A stretch of DNA of 43,669 nt from Hyphochytrium catenoides (Eukaryota; Protista; Hyphochytriomycota), in contig FLMG01000801.1 in NCBI GenBank assembly GCA_900088475.1, positions 1-43,669 of the forward strand, given 5' to 3'. The notes beneath the pieces are model-generated. The model was not told where the DNA came from. It searched no databases and saw nothing but the letters and a program-made list of their open reading frames with translations. How positions within the stretch are numbered: position 1 is the first letter of the stretch; each line of letters starts with the position of its first letter. Positions 21,201 to 36,247 of this stretch are shown here, piece by piece. The position numbers were made by a program, and so were the translations under genes.

Positions 21201-24004
21201 TTCAAACAAGATGCTTGTGAAGTTTGTGGAGCAGGAGAAACGTATCTGGTTAAGTGTGAGGAAGAGGAATGTACTACTCGCTTCCACCCGCTGTGCGCTC
21301 TGGAAGTGGGAAACGACTTTTCCCGACGGACATGCCTAGATGATAGGGTCCCCAGCCACTTCTTTTGCGGGTCAGTAAACCTATTACTTGGTGTCTCGGT
21401 GGTACAACCTCCAGTGCAAACAAGCATAACCACGACGACTACTAACTGTACCTTGGCCATTAGGAGGTGCTCCAAGAAGCGCGCAGATGAGGATGCTGCT
21501 GCTGATCGCTGCGGGGTCTGCAAGCGAGGAACCGCCAGGAGTCCATCAGTGAGCTGCGAGCTATGTCAGCAATGCTTCCATCCGGTAAGACCGGCTAAAA
21601 AGTTCTCTTCTGCTCAACCCCACACACTTTTTCCCTTACCAAGCGCTTCTCAGAGATGCCTTCCCCGAAGCTCGTATGTTCCGCAAGAGGATGAGAAATG
21701 GTTCTGCGAGCATTGCCTAAAAGCAGGCCTGGACGAGGCGCTCATAGCACCAGCCACCATTAGAAAGAATGGAAAGTTGGTGCGTAGCTATAGACGGTTG
21801 TCCCTCCATTGAATCCCTCTTTGACATTGCCCGCCCAGTTCGCTTTAGGACTGGGGCTTCATGAGACCGATAGCATAAGTTCTTGAAGTAGTAGCGCTCA
21901 TGTTTCTTGGGTGTGCTTCCTTCGGGTCGGACTATCTGTGCTATGCTGATCTTTCTCCTATCCCGCAGGTTAAGGTGTATCGCAAACTGAATGAACACAA
22001 TATTTTTGCGATGGAGAGGCCCTGCTTTATGACTGGAGGCACTCTTAGCACCAGCACCACGAGCGACAGTCTCCTATTTCGGCAAGCCAGACGTAGGAAA
22101 ACAACTCCTTCTAAGCAAAGTGTCAAAGCTAAGACCACTGAGAGTGAAGCCGAAAGTGAAGCCGATGTGGACCTGAGGAAAGAGGACTCTCGCTTAAGCC
22201 GTCTCCGCCATCCGAGAGTCCTGGAGCTTCTAGCTGGAGACGAGAAAAAGCATCAGCTGCAGAGGGCACAGCTACTCTACCACTATCAGCTGGTATGTAG
22301 AAGAATGCCTCCTACTGTTATGCGCCTTCTGACGCGTTGCCCTCGTCGTCACAGGACATGTCTAGATGGCGCGAGCGGTTACTCTCAGGCTTCTCTTTGC
22401 TGCTCGTTGGCATTGGCTCAAAGAAGGGGCTTACAAAGGTAAGAGTTGTGTGCAGGGGCGTGGTAGAATCCATAAATCGACACTCACTCCTTTTATGGCC
22501 TCCTGTGTTCTAGATATTCTTTGATGAGGTGCTAGCTGCCGATGCTGGTGACCAGCTCATTGTTCACGGGCATAATGCCGCTACTACTATTGAAGGCCTG
22601 CTATCTTATATCACGATTGAGTTCTTGCTGATTCGAAAGCAGTTTGCGAGCCCAAAGGATCAGGTCTCTCCAGCTTTCAAACTCCACTTACTCATAAATA
22701 ACCGCTACACCTCTACGCTCGACCTCGTCATTGATCTTCTGCCTCTCTTTAATGGCGAGACAATCCGTCCGTCATTTGCTTCCCAGCTCACATCTATGCC
22801 AAATCATTGACCCTCTATAGAGCCGGTATATCGCATCGCAGTATAGCAACAGCAAGAACAGGCGTCTTTTTCTTCTTATTTATAACATCGAGGCTCCAGC
22901 ATTACGGGAGCACCAGGAAGTGCTTAGGTGAGTTCATTGCCTACATATCAAAAGCTACCTTGATTGTTTCTCTGTATCTAACTTCCTAGCGTGACTTCAG
23001 CGTATTAGCGGCGGCCGATCGCATCCACCTTGTATCTACTGTCGATCACGTCAATACGGTTCTTCTCTGGGACAAGAGGCTAGTTAGCCTCTTCAACTGG
23101 GTACGTCAAAGTGACTATGGCTCTGCTTTAAATTGGCCTTTAGTATAAGCTCTTCACACCAATGAACCGACCTCTAAGTTATCGCAAGTGTTCCTTGCGA
23201 GTCGCCTCTCTCTCATTCTCTGCAGGATGCCCACTAGTGCCTCTGCCATCTATCGTGCTCTCGCTTCCCATAGTAATCTGCTGCTTGTGCGCCAAACCCT
23301 GGTAATTTTAACGATAGGCCGAAATTGAGGTTCATACCTTTTCGCCCTACCTCGATGGCGAAGTGACCTACGAGCTACCAGTCTCTGAGAGCCGTGGTCA
23401 GGTGACTGCCCGTGGGCTGAGTTTCATTCTCAGGTCATTGACACCCAGGCATCGAGAGATTCTATTTATTTTGGCCAAGCAGCAGCTCAGCAGTTCGTCC
23501 GGGACAGGTAGGTGGCTTGGAGCATCAAGACTGTGCTTATGTGACAGATTACCCTTTTCCTTATGGTCATTAATTTTCAAAGCTTTTGTCAGCGATCTCA
23601 TTTCCCTTGTTGCTAAGTCCTAAAATTCTCATCCAGGGAAGCAGGTTTGCAACCAGCTATTAGTTGTTATCCCCTTTCTTCTATAAGCTATTGTCTGGTC
23701 ATGCTTATCATCCCTCCCCTTAGGCATGGAATTCTGCGAGCTGCTGCAGCACTGTCAAGAAAATTTTATTGTACAGAATGATAGAGCACTCAGGACACAT
23801 CTTGTTGAGCTTAAGGTTAGAGCATTCGTAGTGTCCTGCACAATATGAGCTAAATTGTTTGTCGTGCTCTTTCGATAGGATCATCGACTAATCTCGGTGA
23901 AGCGCAGCAGAGATGGCTCTATGCAGGAAGTGCTTCATATGCCACTCTCCGCAGACACTCTTCGTCGGGAAATTGTAGACAAGCTTCGAGAAGAGTTTGC
24001 CTAG
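18279..24004 (+). CDS. ORC2: Origin recognition complex subunit 2 with N-terminal disordered region, PZP module (PHD-Zn knuckle-ePHD) and extra PHD finger; 15 exons, ~1343 aa
   Basis: ORC2 blocks: RWRERLLSGFSLLLVGIGSK; LIVHGH; LFLLIYNIEAPALR; IHLVSTVDHVNTVLLWD; FNW; HTFSPY; GLSFILRSLTPRHREILFILAKQQL; GMEFCELLQHCQENFIVQNDRALRTHLVELKDHRLI. Exons: 18279-19073, 19159-19743, 19812-20710, 20851-20978, 21166-21370, 21464-21584, 21654-21779, 21969-22292, 22355-22438, 22514-22663, 22821-22927, 23001-23100, 23318-23507, 23724-23815, 23879-24004 (sum 4032 nt, GT-AG, phase-compatible). The ORC2 identity is strong; the single-transcript fusion is less certain. Confidence 0.85.
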
Positions 24005-24275
24005 CCATATGAAGGCCTAACCATAAAGCCTTCCGTGGCCCCTCCCCCTCTCTTTCATGCTCCTCTTCCCTTCTTGTATAACCCTTTCCCCGGCCCGGTT
24101 CTTCATTATACACGGACCTGCATAGCAAAACTTTTTGGCGGTATCTATGTCCAGAAAATGACATCCTTTGGCCCCAGTGGAATGTATCAAGCTTCCTGAG
24201 AACTCTTTACCCAATAAATATGAAGATCAGCCCAAATCGCCGCCTTATCTTCCGTGGATTAGCCGTCATCAGCAG

Positions 24276-27207
<2,932 letters not shown>

Positions 27208-28089
27208 CGTCTGATTAACGGGTAGTGAAGGCCGATATGCTCAGACGGAGTGAGGGTGCCAACTAAACGCTGATAATGCTGGCCGGAAGAAGCACTAGCC
27301 AGCAACTATTGCTGATATGATAGGATGGTGTCCGCTGAGGACAGCGCCGCCGTTATCAGTAGGGCTACTAGGGCTACTCTACCACGGAAGCCTGGCCCTT
27401 ATGCGCAGCTCTTCTTATCTTCGCCGCCGCTCGTGCTCATCCAGCGGAGGGCTAAGCCCAGGCGGTCCCGAGGTCCAGAAGAGCGCGGTGAGGATGACGA
27501 TTGGTGAAGCGATTCTGATGACCATCCTCCTCTCCCGTGCTTTCTCACTCGCAGCCTGTGCGTACCCGTAGTATCCATATGTTTGCTGATGGAACCCTCT
27601 GCATATATACACCTCTACAATTTTTCCGTTTGTTTACTAACCGTTTGCGGCTTCTCGCGTCATCGCCTACTGTACATCCCCCTCTCTCCTCAGCACTTCA
27701 TCAGTGGTCTTTTCTACGCATTGCAGTGCCAGGAGCACAACGAAGATCTAATCTTTGGCGGTACAGGAGGAGAACTAATGATAAGCTGAACTGCCGCAAA
27801 GGTGGGAACCCAAGAGGAGCTGTGAGTCGCTTCTCGCAAGAAAGTGTGCAAGAGGGCTCTTGGGTTATTTTGTAAGAATAGCTCGCTGATGCCCCATGAC
27901 GACCCTACCTTTGCTCTCCATCTCAGTTCAAGGTGTTGCATGACCATGTCAATCACGTTCTCCTTCGACCAGGATGAAGCCTGAGCCTTTCCATCGGCCT
28001 TTCCCCTATCTTTAGTGCCGTACCTTCTACAGCCTACTGCTGGACGGAACGATGGCAGACGGTGAAGCAAAAGGTAGAGTCTGCAACCG

Positions 28090-28566
28090 TCAATTGCCAA
28101 ACTCTACGACTGCATCAATCTCCACAGCAACGCCACGAGGAAGGGCGCTAACTCCTAGTGCGCAACGCGCATGGCTACCAACCTCCGGACCAAAGACTTT
28201 AAGCATTAAATCCGATGCGCCATCTATCACCTCAGGGTGCTCCGTAAACTCAGGCGTGCACTGGACAAAGCCTTGCAGTTTGATAACTCGTGTCACTCTG
28301 TCCAAATCTCCTAGCGCCGCTTTCATTTGAGAGATTAGGTTGATAGCACAGAGACGTGCAGCCTCCCTCCCTTGTTCCACTGTTGCGTTCGCTCCAAGCC
28401 TGCGCTTAACATCCTCCTCTATTCGTCCACCCTTCAATGGAATCTGGCCCGAGATGTAAAGGGTGTTTCCACTGATGACAAAAGGAGCATATTTAGCAAC
28501 AGCAGTGGGTGCTGGTGGAATGGAGAGACCCAGATCCTTGATTCGCTTGTCAACAACTCCTAGCAT
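28090..28566 (-). CDS. RidA/YjgF/YER057c/UK114 family protein (bacterial Rid1-like), uninterrupted ORF
   Basis: LGLSIPPAPTAVAKYAPFVISGNTLYISGQIP; AARLCAINL; HPEVIDGASDL; HARCALGVSALPRGVAVEIDA, with the catalytic Arg retained. An upstream exon is possible because a CAG lies 10 nt before the ATG. Confidence 0.92.
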   Translation of the reverse strand: MLGVVDKRIKDLGLSIPPAPTAVAKYAPFVISGNTLYISGQIPLKGGRIEEDVKRRLGANATVEQGREAARLCAINLISQMKAALGDLDRVTRVIKLQGFVQCTPEFTEHPEVIDGASDLMLKVFGPEVGSHARCALGVSALPRGVAVEIDAVVEFGN

Positions 28567-29522
28567 CGTTCCTATCTGATAAGGAGCTACGCAACCAGGG
28601 ACTTGGACAAGACTAGAAGAGCCGAGACCTAGTGTTACAGGACCGGAGTTGGGTTGGTTGGGACTAACTCAAAGGCAGGCTTGAAGCGGTTGGCCCTCCT
28701 GCAGAGCTGCTTGGGTCTTGCGCGCTGGAGTATGGAGCTCGCGTCTAAACAGCACGGCTCATACCAGACTCACTCGCTTGGCTCCGAGAAAATTGCTGCC
28801 TCTCGGGACTGTTAGTCCTCCAATTCTCCTGGCCGTCTCCTCAAAGGCTAATCGCTCATCCTCTCTGACTGACTTCCCATCATCGGAAGATTTCTTATGC
28901 AACTCAGATCCTTTGGCACTGCTGCTCACTCAGAAAGATCTGTAAGATCATATTTAAAGGCTTGCTTTCTCATACATAGAGCGATTCACCCGCCTGCATA
29001 TCAAGCATCCAGGGCCTAGGATCCGCCAATATAAGTTATAAGCACTACCTATGTTCTAAATACTCTCACATCTAAAAACATCCCCCAGGAGAATATTGAT
29101 CCCAAGCATGCCGTTACCGCCTTTATGAAGGTCGATCAAGGTGAGAGGAGACCAGAAACTGAGTTGCACTCTCTGTGATTTTAGAGACTTGAAGGTCGGA
29201 GTGCGACCGGACATCAGAACTAAAGCAGCACTGCGCTTGGCACGATAGATCTCACGCAGGAGTGGGCAGAAGCATATACGATAGATTAACAGAGAGGCCG
29301 TCCATCAGGCTCACAGTGCCGTGGCTACAACGCACTTAAGGCTAGAGAAGTGGTTCTGAGTAACGAGAAAGGAAGTCACATCTTCAGCCCCGCCCGTGGA
29401 ATCTGCAAGTGACTTCCGAGTTGAACGAGGGAAGATAGACTGTCGCGAGAAGATAAACTCTTAGCTGAGAAGAAGACGAAAAAGTTCAAGAATATCTCCA
29501 GAAAGGATCAGACTTACCTATA

Positions 29523-31398
29523 ATGAGCTTCTACGGGTACGTAGCGCCGCATTCGGCCACTCACGTTGTCCTTTCCATCTGCCGTATCCTTATGTTCCTC
29601 TTTCTCTGATGGTTGTTTCTCGTCTAAGCTCAGTATTTCTGTCTGATTGCAGTGTCCATAAAGATGAGCCAGCGGACAATTATTCGGAGCCCCCGCAGAC
29701 ACCTAATGATACATTGGCTGGCGAAGTGCAAGAGGAGGGCACGGCCAAGGAGAAAGTGAGCGAAACCTTGATCTTCAGTGAGGGGATTCCCCTTTCAGAG
29801 ACAATAGAAGGACAGACTCCCATACAGAATCGATGGTGCTTCTGGTACACAAAGAAGTCTAACAAATATGTAAGTCTTTTCTTGAGAATGACCTCACCAG
29901 GGAGAAAGGAAAAGCAGATGAATATCATAAAGGAAAGGAATGGAGAGAAAACGACAAGTAGTGACGGGAGCGGTTGTTGGACGCGGTGGTCTGTCTAAGT
30001 CAACCCGCTCTAAGGTGGCATGGAGGCGTGTGTGTGAACGATCGGAATAACCTTGAGCACTTATGTCGAGGTAGTCTAACTCTGAAGTGACTTGAGGCGA
30101 AAGAAAGGTCAATGGTTCTTGGATATCACTCTGACGTGACTCTGGCTCACTGTGTAGGAATCCTACGAACAAAACATCAAGCCCATTCAGAGCTTTGGCA
30201 CTGTGGAGGGCTTCTGGCAGGTCTATAACCACATGGCGAGGCCCGCTGACCTGCCTACTGCAGTTGACTTGAACCTGTTTAAGGAAGGAACTAAGCCCAT
30301 GTGGGAGGTAGGCAACCATTCATCTCTATTCTCTTACTCATTAAGATCTTGCGGTGGTTCGTGTCTGTTACCTACGTAATCGGCTTCTTCTCCAGGATGT
30401 GAATAACAAGCGAGGGGGTAAGTGGGTGGTAAGGCTGAAGAAAGGTTTAGCTTCACGGTACTGGGAAGAGTTGGTGAGTACTCTTAGCTCTTTGGCCTCT
30501 TCATCGACTTGAATATGCTTACATGTCCTCTGGCACCTTATTAATTGCCTCGGCAGCTACTGGCTATGGTCGGAGAGCAGTTTGATGTAGGGAATGAGAT
30601 CTGTGGAGCTGTCATTTCTATCAGGTATCATACTAGAGAAAGGACCCTTCCTTAATGAAAAGGCTGACAGTGGAGAATGATTTAATGCGGCTGAGCGCGC
30701 TATACAATTGTTGTCACCAACGATTTTATGGATGGAGCCCCGCAGTCCGTCCATCGAATCAACTTAAGGCCTAATTCCTAGCTCATCGCAGCCCCGAAGG
30801 ACGAGTCTTGCCCTTGGTTTCTATTATTTGGACCTAACCCCTACGTTTTCAATGAAGGTTCAGCGAAGATATGCTAGCGATATGGAACCGAAATGCTGAC
30901 AACCAAGAGGCGCTAATCAAGATTAGGTAGGAAGGCATGCCAGACGAAGGGCGTTCAAAGGAGCTGACGGTTCTCGTAATGCCCAGAGACCAGCTAAGAA
31001 GAGTCTGCAAGTTTCCTCACTGGGTGAACATGGAGTACAAGCGGCACGATCAGTCTATGGGAGGAGGACCTCCTGTGCCTCCATCATCCTCTTCGAACTC
31101 TCTACCTACCGATGGCTCTAATTCTACCTCGCAGAGTGCCACGTACAGCAGAGTAGGAAGCAGTACCTTTTCTAGGCCCTTGAACCGCACTCGCGGTTCT
31201 TTTACCTCTAGAGATAGAGATGAAAGAGGAGGTGTTGGAGGGTTAGGTGACCTTCACCGGTCACGAGGAGAGCACCAAGAGGGAGGAGAGCGCTCCATGG
31301 AGAGGAAGTCCAGTCCTCTTCGCCCAATGGGTTCTTCTGAGCGATTGGGAAGTGATAGAGGACCGTGGAGCAGAGGGAGCAAGTGGGGAGACCGGTAG
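29523..31398 (+). CDS. EIF4E2: Cap-binding protein of the eIF4E family, class II (4EHP/nCBP)-like, ~7 exons, with low-complexity C-terminal extension
   Basis: PIQNRWCFWY; SYEQNIKPIQSFGTVEGFWQVYNHMARP; LFKEGTKPMWE|DVNNKRGGKWVVRLKKGLASRYWEEL|LLAMVGEQFDVGNEICGAVISIR|FSEDMLAIWN; IR|DQLRRV..MEYKRH. These closely parallel 4EHP motifs. Confidence 0.88.
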
Positions 31399-31716
31399 AT
31401 GGGAGGTAGCCTGTAGAATGTGACACTCTCAAAGAACAGACGGGATTGTGGTAGCCATATGATCGGGTACTCTGTCATCTAAATAAAGAGTTCCAAGTGA
31501 ATGTGCCACCAAAGTCGGCTACCGATTGTACGGCCTGGACGGTACCTATCTGTAGCTTCAGCTTTTCTTTAGAAGGAAGCAAGGTTGGAAGGATGAAGAG
31601 CATTTATTGTGATCATTCCTGGGATTAGCATGGCGTGAAAGGCTGAAGATGGTTGAAGTACTCCAGTTTTATTTTTTGCTAGGAGGATTGACCGCTGTCT
31701 CCGGCAATTTGCGGAA

Positions 31717-34700
31717 TTATCTGGGGCCGCCACCGACTTGTAACACCCCTGCAGCGATAAGCTTGTTGATCTTCGCCATCATGCCAGCATTTTGCAGGTG
31801 CTGCGCACGAAGTGGAAAAGTCGAAGGTCAGGTTATGCCATCCAGAGCGGCATAAGAATAAAATGGAGCAAGGAGAGGCTTAGGTGAACAAATGAGGAAG
31901 AGGATGATGACGCAAAGTGCCCTATAGACTGGACACGATAGAGCACGAAATGCAGTAGCACTCATTAAGTAGTTAAAAATGAAGGGGCTGACTCGACAGG
32001 AAAGATTGATGTCGACTGGGACGCTACGGCAGCTTATGTCTTTGCAAAGGGACTCATTCCAGAATGCCTTGGCCCGCGGAAAGGGAAGCTCAAAAGGAAA
32101 GGTGCACAAGTGGGAAAAACGAGACCAGAAAATAGGACAGGACAAGAAAATCAAACACTGCAGCAAAATGAGGATGGCTTTGGGGGAAGGATGCCGAAGT
32201 ACCTTTCGTGCGGCTACAGGGTCGCTCTGCATGTCATTCAGCACCTGCTGTACGACAGGATCCCTAAGGATGGCTTGGATCTCGGGGTCAGCCAGAGCGT
32301 GCGCAGCCCTCTCCTGATCAACTTCCCCAGATGTTGCTGCCTCATTAATCTTCTGCAAGGTCCGCTGCAGCCCATCCTTGCACTCTGCGTTCTCCGGATC
32401 AATTTCAAGGCCTTTTTGATAAGTTTCTATGGCCCTGTGATACTCCTGCCGAACGAGACAGCATAGAACAGTCGATCAGTTACGTAAAGAAAGCCGTAGA
32501 GACCGCCGACGAAGTAACAGCCAGTGTTGTGGGAATATGTCACAGCTGTCCCGTGTCACAGACCCGATTGCGAAGGAGAGACTCATCTTACAGAAAGGTC
32601 GCTACTCCAAAGAAGGTAACAAAGCGGCCGCCTAAGCGGGCACACACGTAGCTCACATCACCTTCAGGAAGAACTGGATGGCGCCAAGCCTAGAGTAGGC
32701 CTTGACATACTTCGGGTCTATGCTAAGGGCTTTCTCACAATCAGCTTTCGCCTCCATGAAGCTAGTGGAAAGGAACACCGAGCGTTAAAAAGGTAAACCC
32801 AGGGCAAGGCAGGAAGAGGACAACAGCTGATAGAAACCGCGAAAGGTGCTGGTATCCCTTCTTCTTAGGCTAGAGCTACCAGACAGCCAAAGAAATGTGA
32901 TGCAGCTTCCGCGTACAGATGTAGCGGGCCAGAGACGTTTCAAGGAATCCTAGACAAAATCAATTTACTCACCTTGTCAGCTTAGTATAAGCCGCAGCTC
33001 TGTTGGCATAGTAGACAGGGTTCTCGGGGTCTCTCTTAATGGCGTCGGAGTACTCTCTGACCGCCCCAGGGAAATCCCCCTTCTTAAAGCACTCATTTCC
33101 CCTTTCCTTTGCCTCTTGTCCCTTCTCTACATCAAGATATGCCCTTTGGTCTGCTTCTTTCTTCAGCTGAATCGTCTTCTTTAGTCTCTTGTCTACTTCT
33201 TGAGTCCTGTTCTCCATCTGAGCGTTCTCGTACGCCTCAATCGCCTGCTCCAGATATGCATCGCCTTTCTTAACGTAGGCGTTCCCTATCCTGACATAAG
33301 CCTGTAGTAAAAATATCAGCCATTGATCACGGACGAAGGAGGGGCTGGCCAGCCACTCCTGGTGTTTGAAAATGACTGAGCTAGTGAATCACGACGAGTT
33401 TGAAGAGCTACCTCGCGGGTTGTTTTAGAGAAAGTAGCTGTGTTGGCATCGAACGAGTACAGAGCTGTACCGCACACACAGACAGACGCAGCAAAACCTA
33501 GTGTACCACCCAAATACACGCAGAAAAAGAATAAAGATAGAACAAGCTTCTGAACTGCATAAAGCACAGAGCTCATAAGATGCCGGTCGCCCGTACCTTG
33601 GCAACAAGGGCATAGTCTGCCCTATTGTCTCTCCCGACTACTATAGCTTTCCTATAATGAGAGAGTTAAAACCTAGGCATGGCGAATGTCAACGACCTGC
33701 ACTGCTAGATAGTCGACTCACTTGCAGTCTTCAATGCATTCATCCAGCTTGCCCTGCTCAAGATATACTGCGGCGCGATTCGAGAGGTAGGACATGTTCT
33801 TCGGGTCTAGCTCGATTGCCTTATTGTAGAACTCAATGGCCTGAGGAGAAGCGCGTCAAAAGAAGCCGACAAGGCTAATAAGGCACGCCAGTCTCCTTAA
33901 AAGATCCTCTGCCCACCGACTCTTCATCCTACAGCCGCCGCCACAGCCATTCCTCCTCGATCTTTCATTTGTCGGTAAGCACGATCACGTGATGCCTGAC
34001 TATATTGCTCAGCATTCACCGAAGGGACTTCTCACCTGGTCGAACTCCTTCTTCTTATAGTGTTCATTGCCCTTCTGTTTCATTGCTTCTGCTTCGTTCC
34101 TGTCGGCATGCAAGGAGATCCCAGAGAGAATTTATGACGTAAGAATGATGGCGGGCAGGGTTTAGTAGAGCTGTAAGCTTCACGAACCGTCGAGCTCTCT
34201 CTTCTTTCTCTTCCTCTGTAAGATTTTCCTCTGCAGGTGGAGGTGGCGGAGGAGGAGTCGATTTTGTTTCTGGTGTGGACTTTGGAGGAGAGGGCATGCT
34301 GGTGCCTGCCGCGTCTGCCATAGGAGTATCGTCTTCCCCTTCCTCTCCAGGGGTCTTCACGTTCAGGCCCATAATGACACCGAGCGCCTGTAGTGGCACG
34401 CGCGTGTAAGCAATAAAGCAAAACGAACTCAGATGGAGCTGATCCTAAAAGTCTTTGCTTGAGAATAAGGGGAACAAAGGAGGGGAAAGCCAGAGCAACT
34501 GAAGAACAGAGCCAAAAGTCGTCAAAACAGGAGATATGATTGGTCCTATCTAAAAATATGCCAAAAGAGCTTTGCACATTATGAAGTTCGTAGGTAGCCG
34601 CACCTCTACAATCCTCGGATCGTTGAAGTGCTGGGAAAGAGAGCTTGGATTCTGCTGGATCTGTTGCAACTTCTGTAGGAAGGCAGGATCGTTGAGATAC

Positions 34701-35364
34701 GCTTTTGTCTTCGGGTTGAGTGCCAGTCGAGCCCACATCTCTGGCCCAAAGGCAGCTGCAAAGGGGTCGCTCCCAGCACCCTCCGCAGAAGCTTGTGCTG
34801 CTCGAACTTCTTCAAGACCACTCTGGAGAGCAGCGTTATTTGGTTCTACCCGCAGGCCGTCCTCATAAGCTTGCTTGGCCTCATCATAACGCCTGAGAGC
34901 ATGCAGTGCTGCTCCCTTGCGCCCATAGCCCTTCGCCCATGAAGGAGCAACCTTGATGCAGCTCTCTGCGTCCTCCAGAGCTTTGCCAGCGTCATTGTTC
35001 GAGAGATATGCGGCTGAGCGGTTGCTATAGAAAACGTGATTCGATTCTAGCTCAATGGCCTATGTCAAACAAAAGTAGGAATGAGGGTGGTGGCAGCCAG
35101 ATGCACAGTATTAGCCACTGCTATTGTCCAGCAAAATGTACGCTTGCTATTCTTGAAAGTAAAGGGCAGTGATGAACTGAAGCCCCACCTTAGTATAGCA
35201 CTTGATGGCTTCATCAAAGGAGCCAGACGATAGAGCAGCATTGCCCTTTGTTTTCCACTCTGCAGCCTGCAAGTCAAAGGTTGTTACCACGGTACCACGT
35301 TGACTATTCGGGTGACATTCCAGGCAAAAAAGACTGCTCCTTTCCCCCTCACCTCGGCTGACAT
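31717..35364 (-). CDS. STI1: Hsp70/Hsp90 organizing protein STI1/HOP (TPR1-DP1-TPR2A-TPR2B-DP2)
   Basis: MSAE|AAEWKTKGNAAL; HVFYSNRSAAYL; WAKGYGRKGAAL; DP1 NPKTKAYLNDPAF; AKERGNECFKKGDFPGAVREYSDAIKRDP...YANRAAAYTKL; DP2 ALADPEIQAILRDPVVQQVLNDMQSDP; KINKLIAAGVL. Multiple GT-AG introns. Confidence 0.95.
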
Positions 35365-36247
35365 CTTGCTTTAACCTGGCGTAAGCCTTCAAATCACGCC
35401 TGCTCTCTCTTAGCCTTCTAAGCCCGCCTCTGGTCTTCACTATCTCACTCTGGGTTGTGATGACCACGACGCGCGCAGTTGCGATGCTACTGCCAGAGAG
35501 CTTCTTCCTGCTAATCTGTGAGCTTATCGGCTTCGTTCGGTCTCTGGCCGTGCTCTTTCTCTTCTCTCTCTCAGAACCTCAGCCATGAAGCTTCGGAACC
35601 AGGATCTCCAGGCCAATTACCAAGAAGGAGGCGGATGGGAGAATGCTTCACTTGAAAGTATTTTGGAAGCAATTGAAATCATGGAAAGGCTGTGTCCACA
35701 AGCGTTCTAGCATTGAGAGTTTCGTACTTTTCAAACTACAACTTTGCTTCAGAACATTCGAGTTCCTTTCTAGAAACCTGAGGACTTTGGAAGGAGGGTG
35801 GGTATGTACCAATCCGCTATCAGTCTACCAAGCTCGTTCAGATTGGCCATAGGTTAGCTTAAAAGCAAGTAATTCCGAATCTACTCAAGCTCCAACAAAG
35901 GTTCGTCTGGGTTTGGAAGAGATCCATCAGAATCTCTCAGCGTGTGACCGAAGCGACACGGCCGTCAGCGCGCCGATACCACGGTCCGCCCAGGGATGCT
36001 CCAGGCACAGAACACGCCGTGGCTGCTGTGGAGGTGTCCATAATGCATGACAATGGCAAGCTTTGAACTTTATTATCAGAGCTCCAACACAGAGTTGTCC
36101 AATGGCTGTGGTGAGCACCTAATTAGTGCCAGAGAGGTACCTGTGAAAGCATATAAGAGTGACGCCTGGCGAAAGCAGCAACCTAGGGTCTAAGTGTGAG
36201 GGAAGAGGAAGGTTAGGTCTATCATATAGCCTACCCTGAATACCGTT

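Noticed and set aside
27317-28089. Possible small gene between DUS2 and the Rid gene (several 60-128 aa ORFs on both strands)
   Set aside because: No recognisable motif and no unambiguous splice model; it may be UTR or promoter sequence.
31623-31634. GATTAGCATGGC matching part of U6 snRNA
   Set aside because: The upstream ACAGAGA box and the downstream U6 stem are absent.
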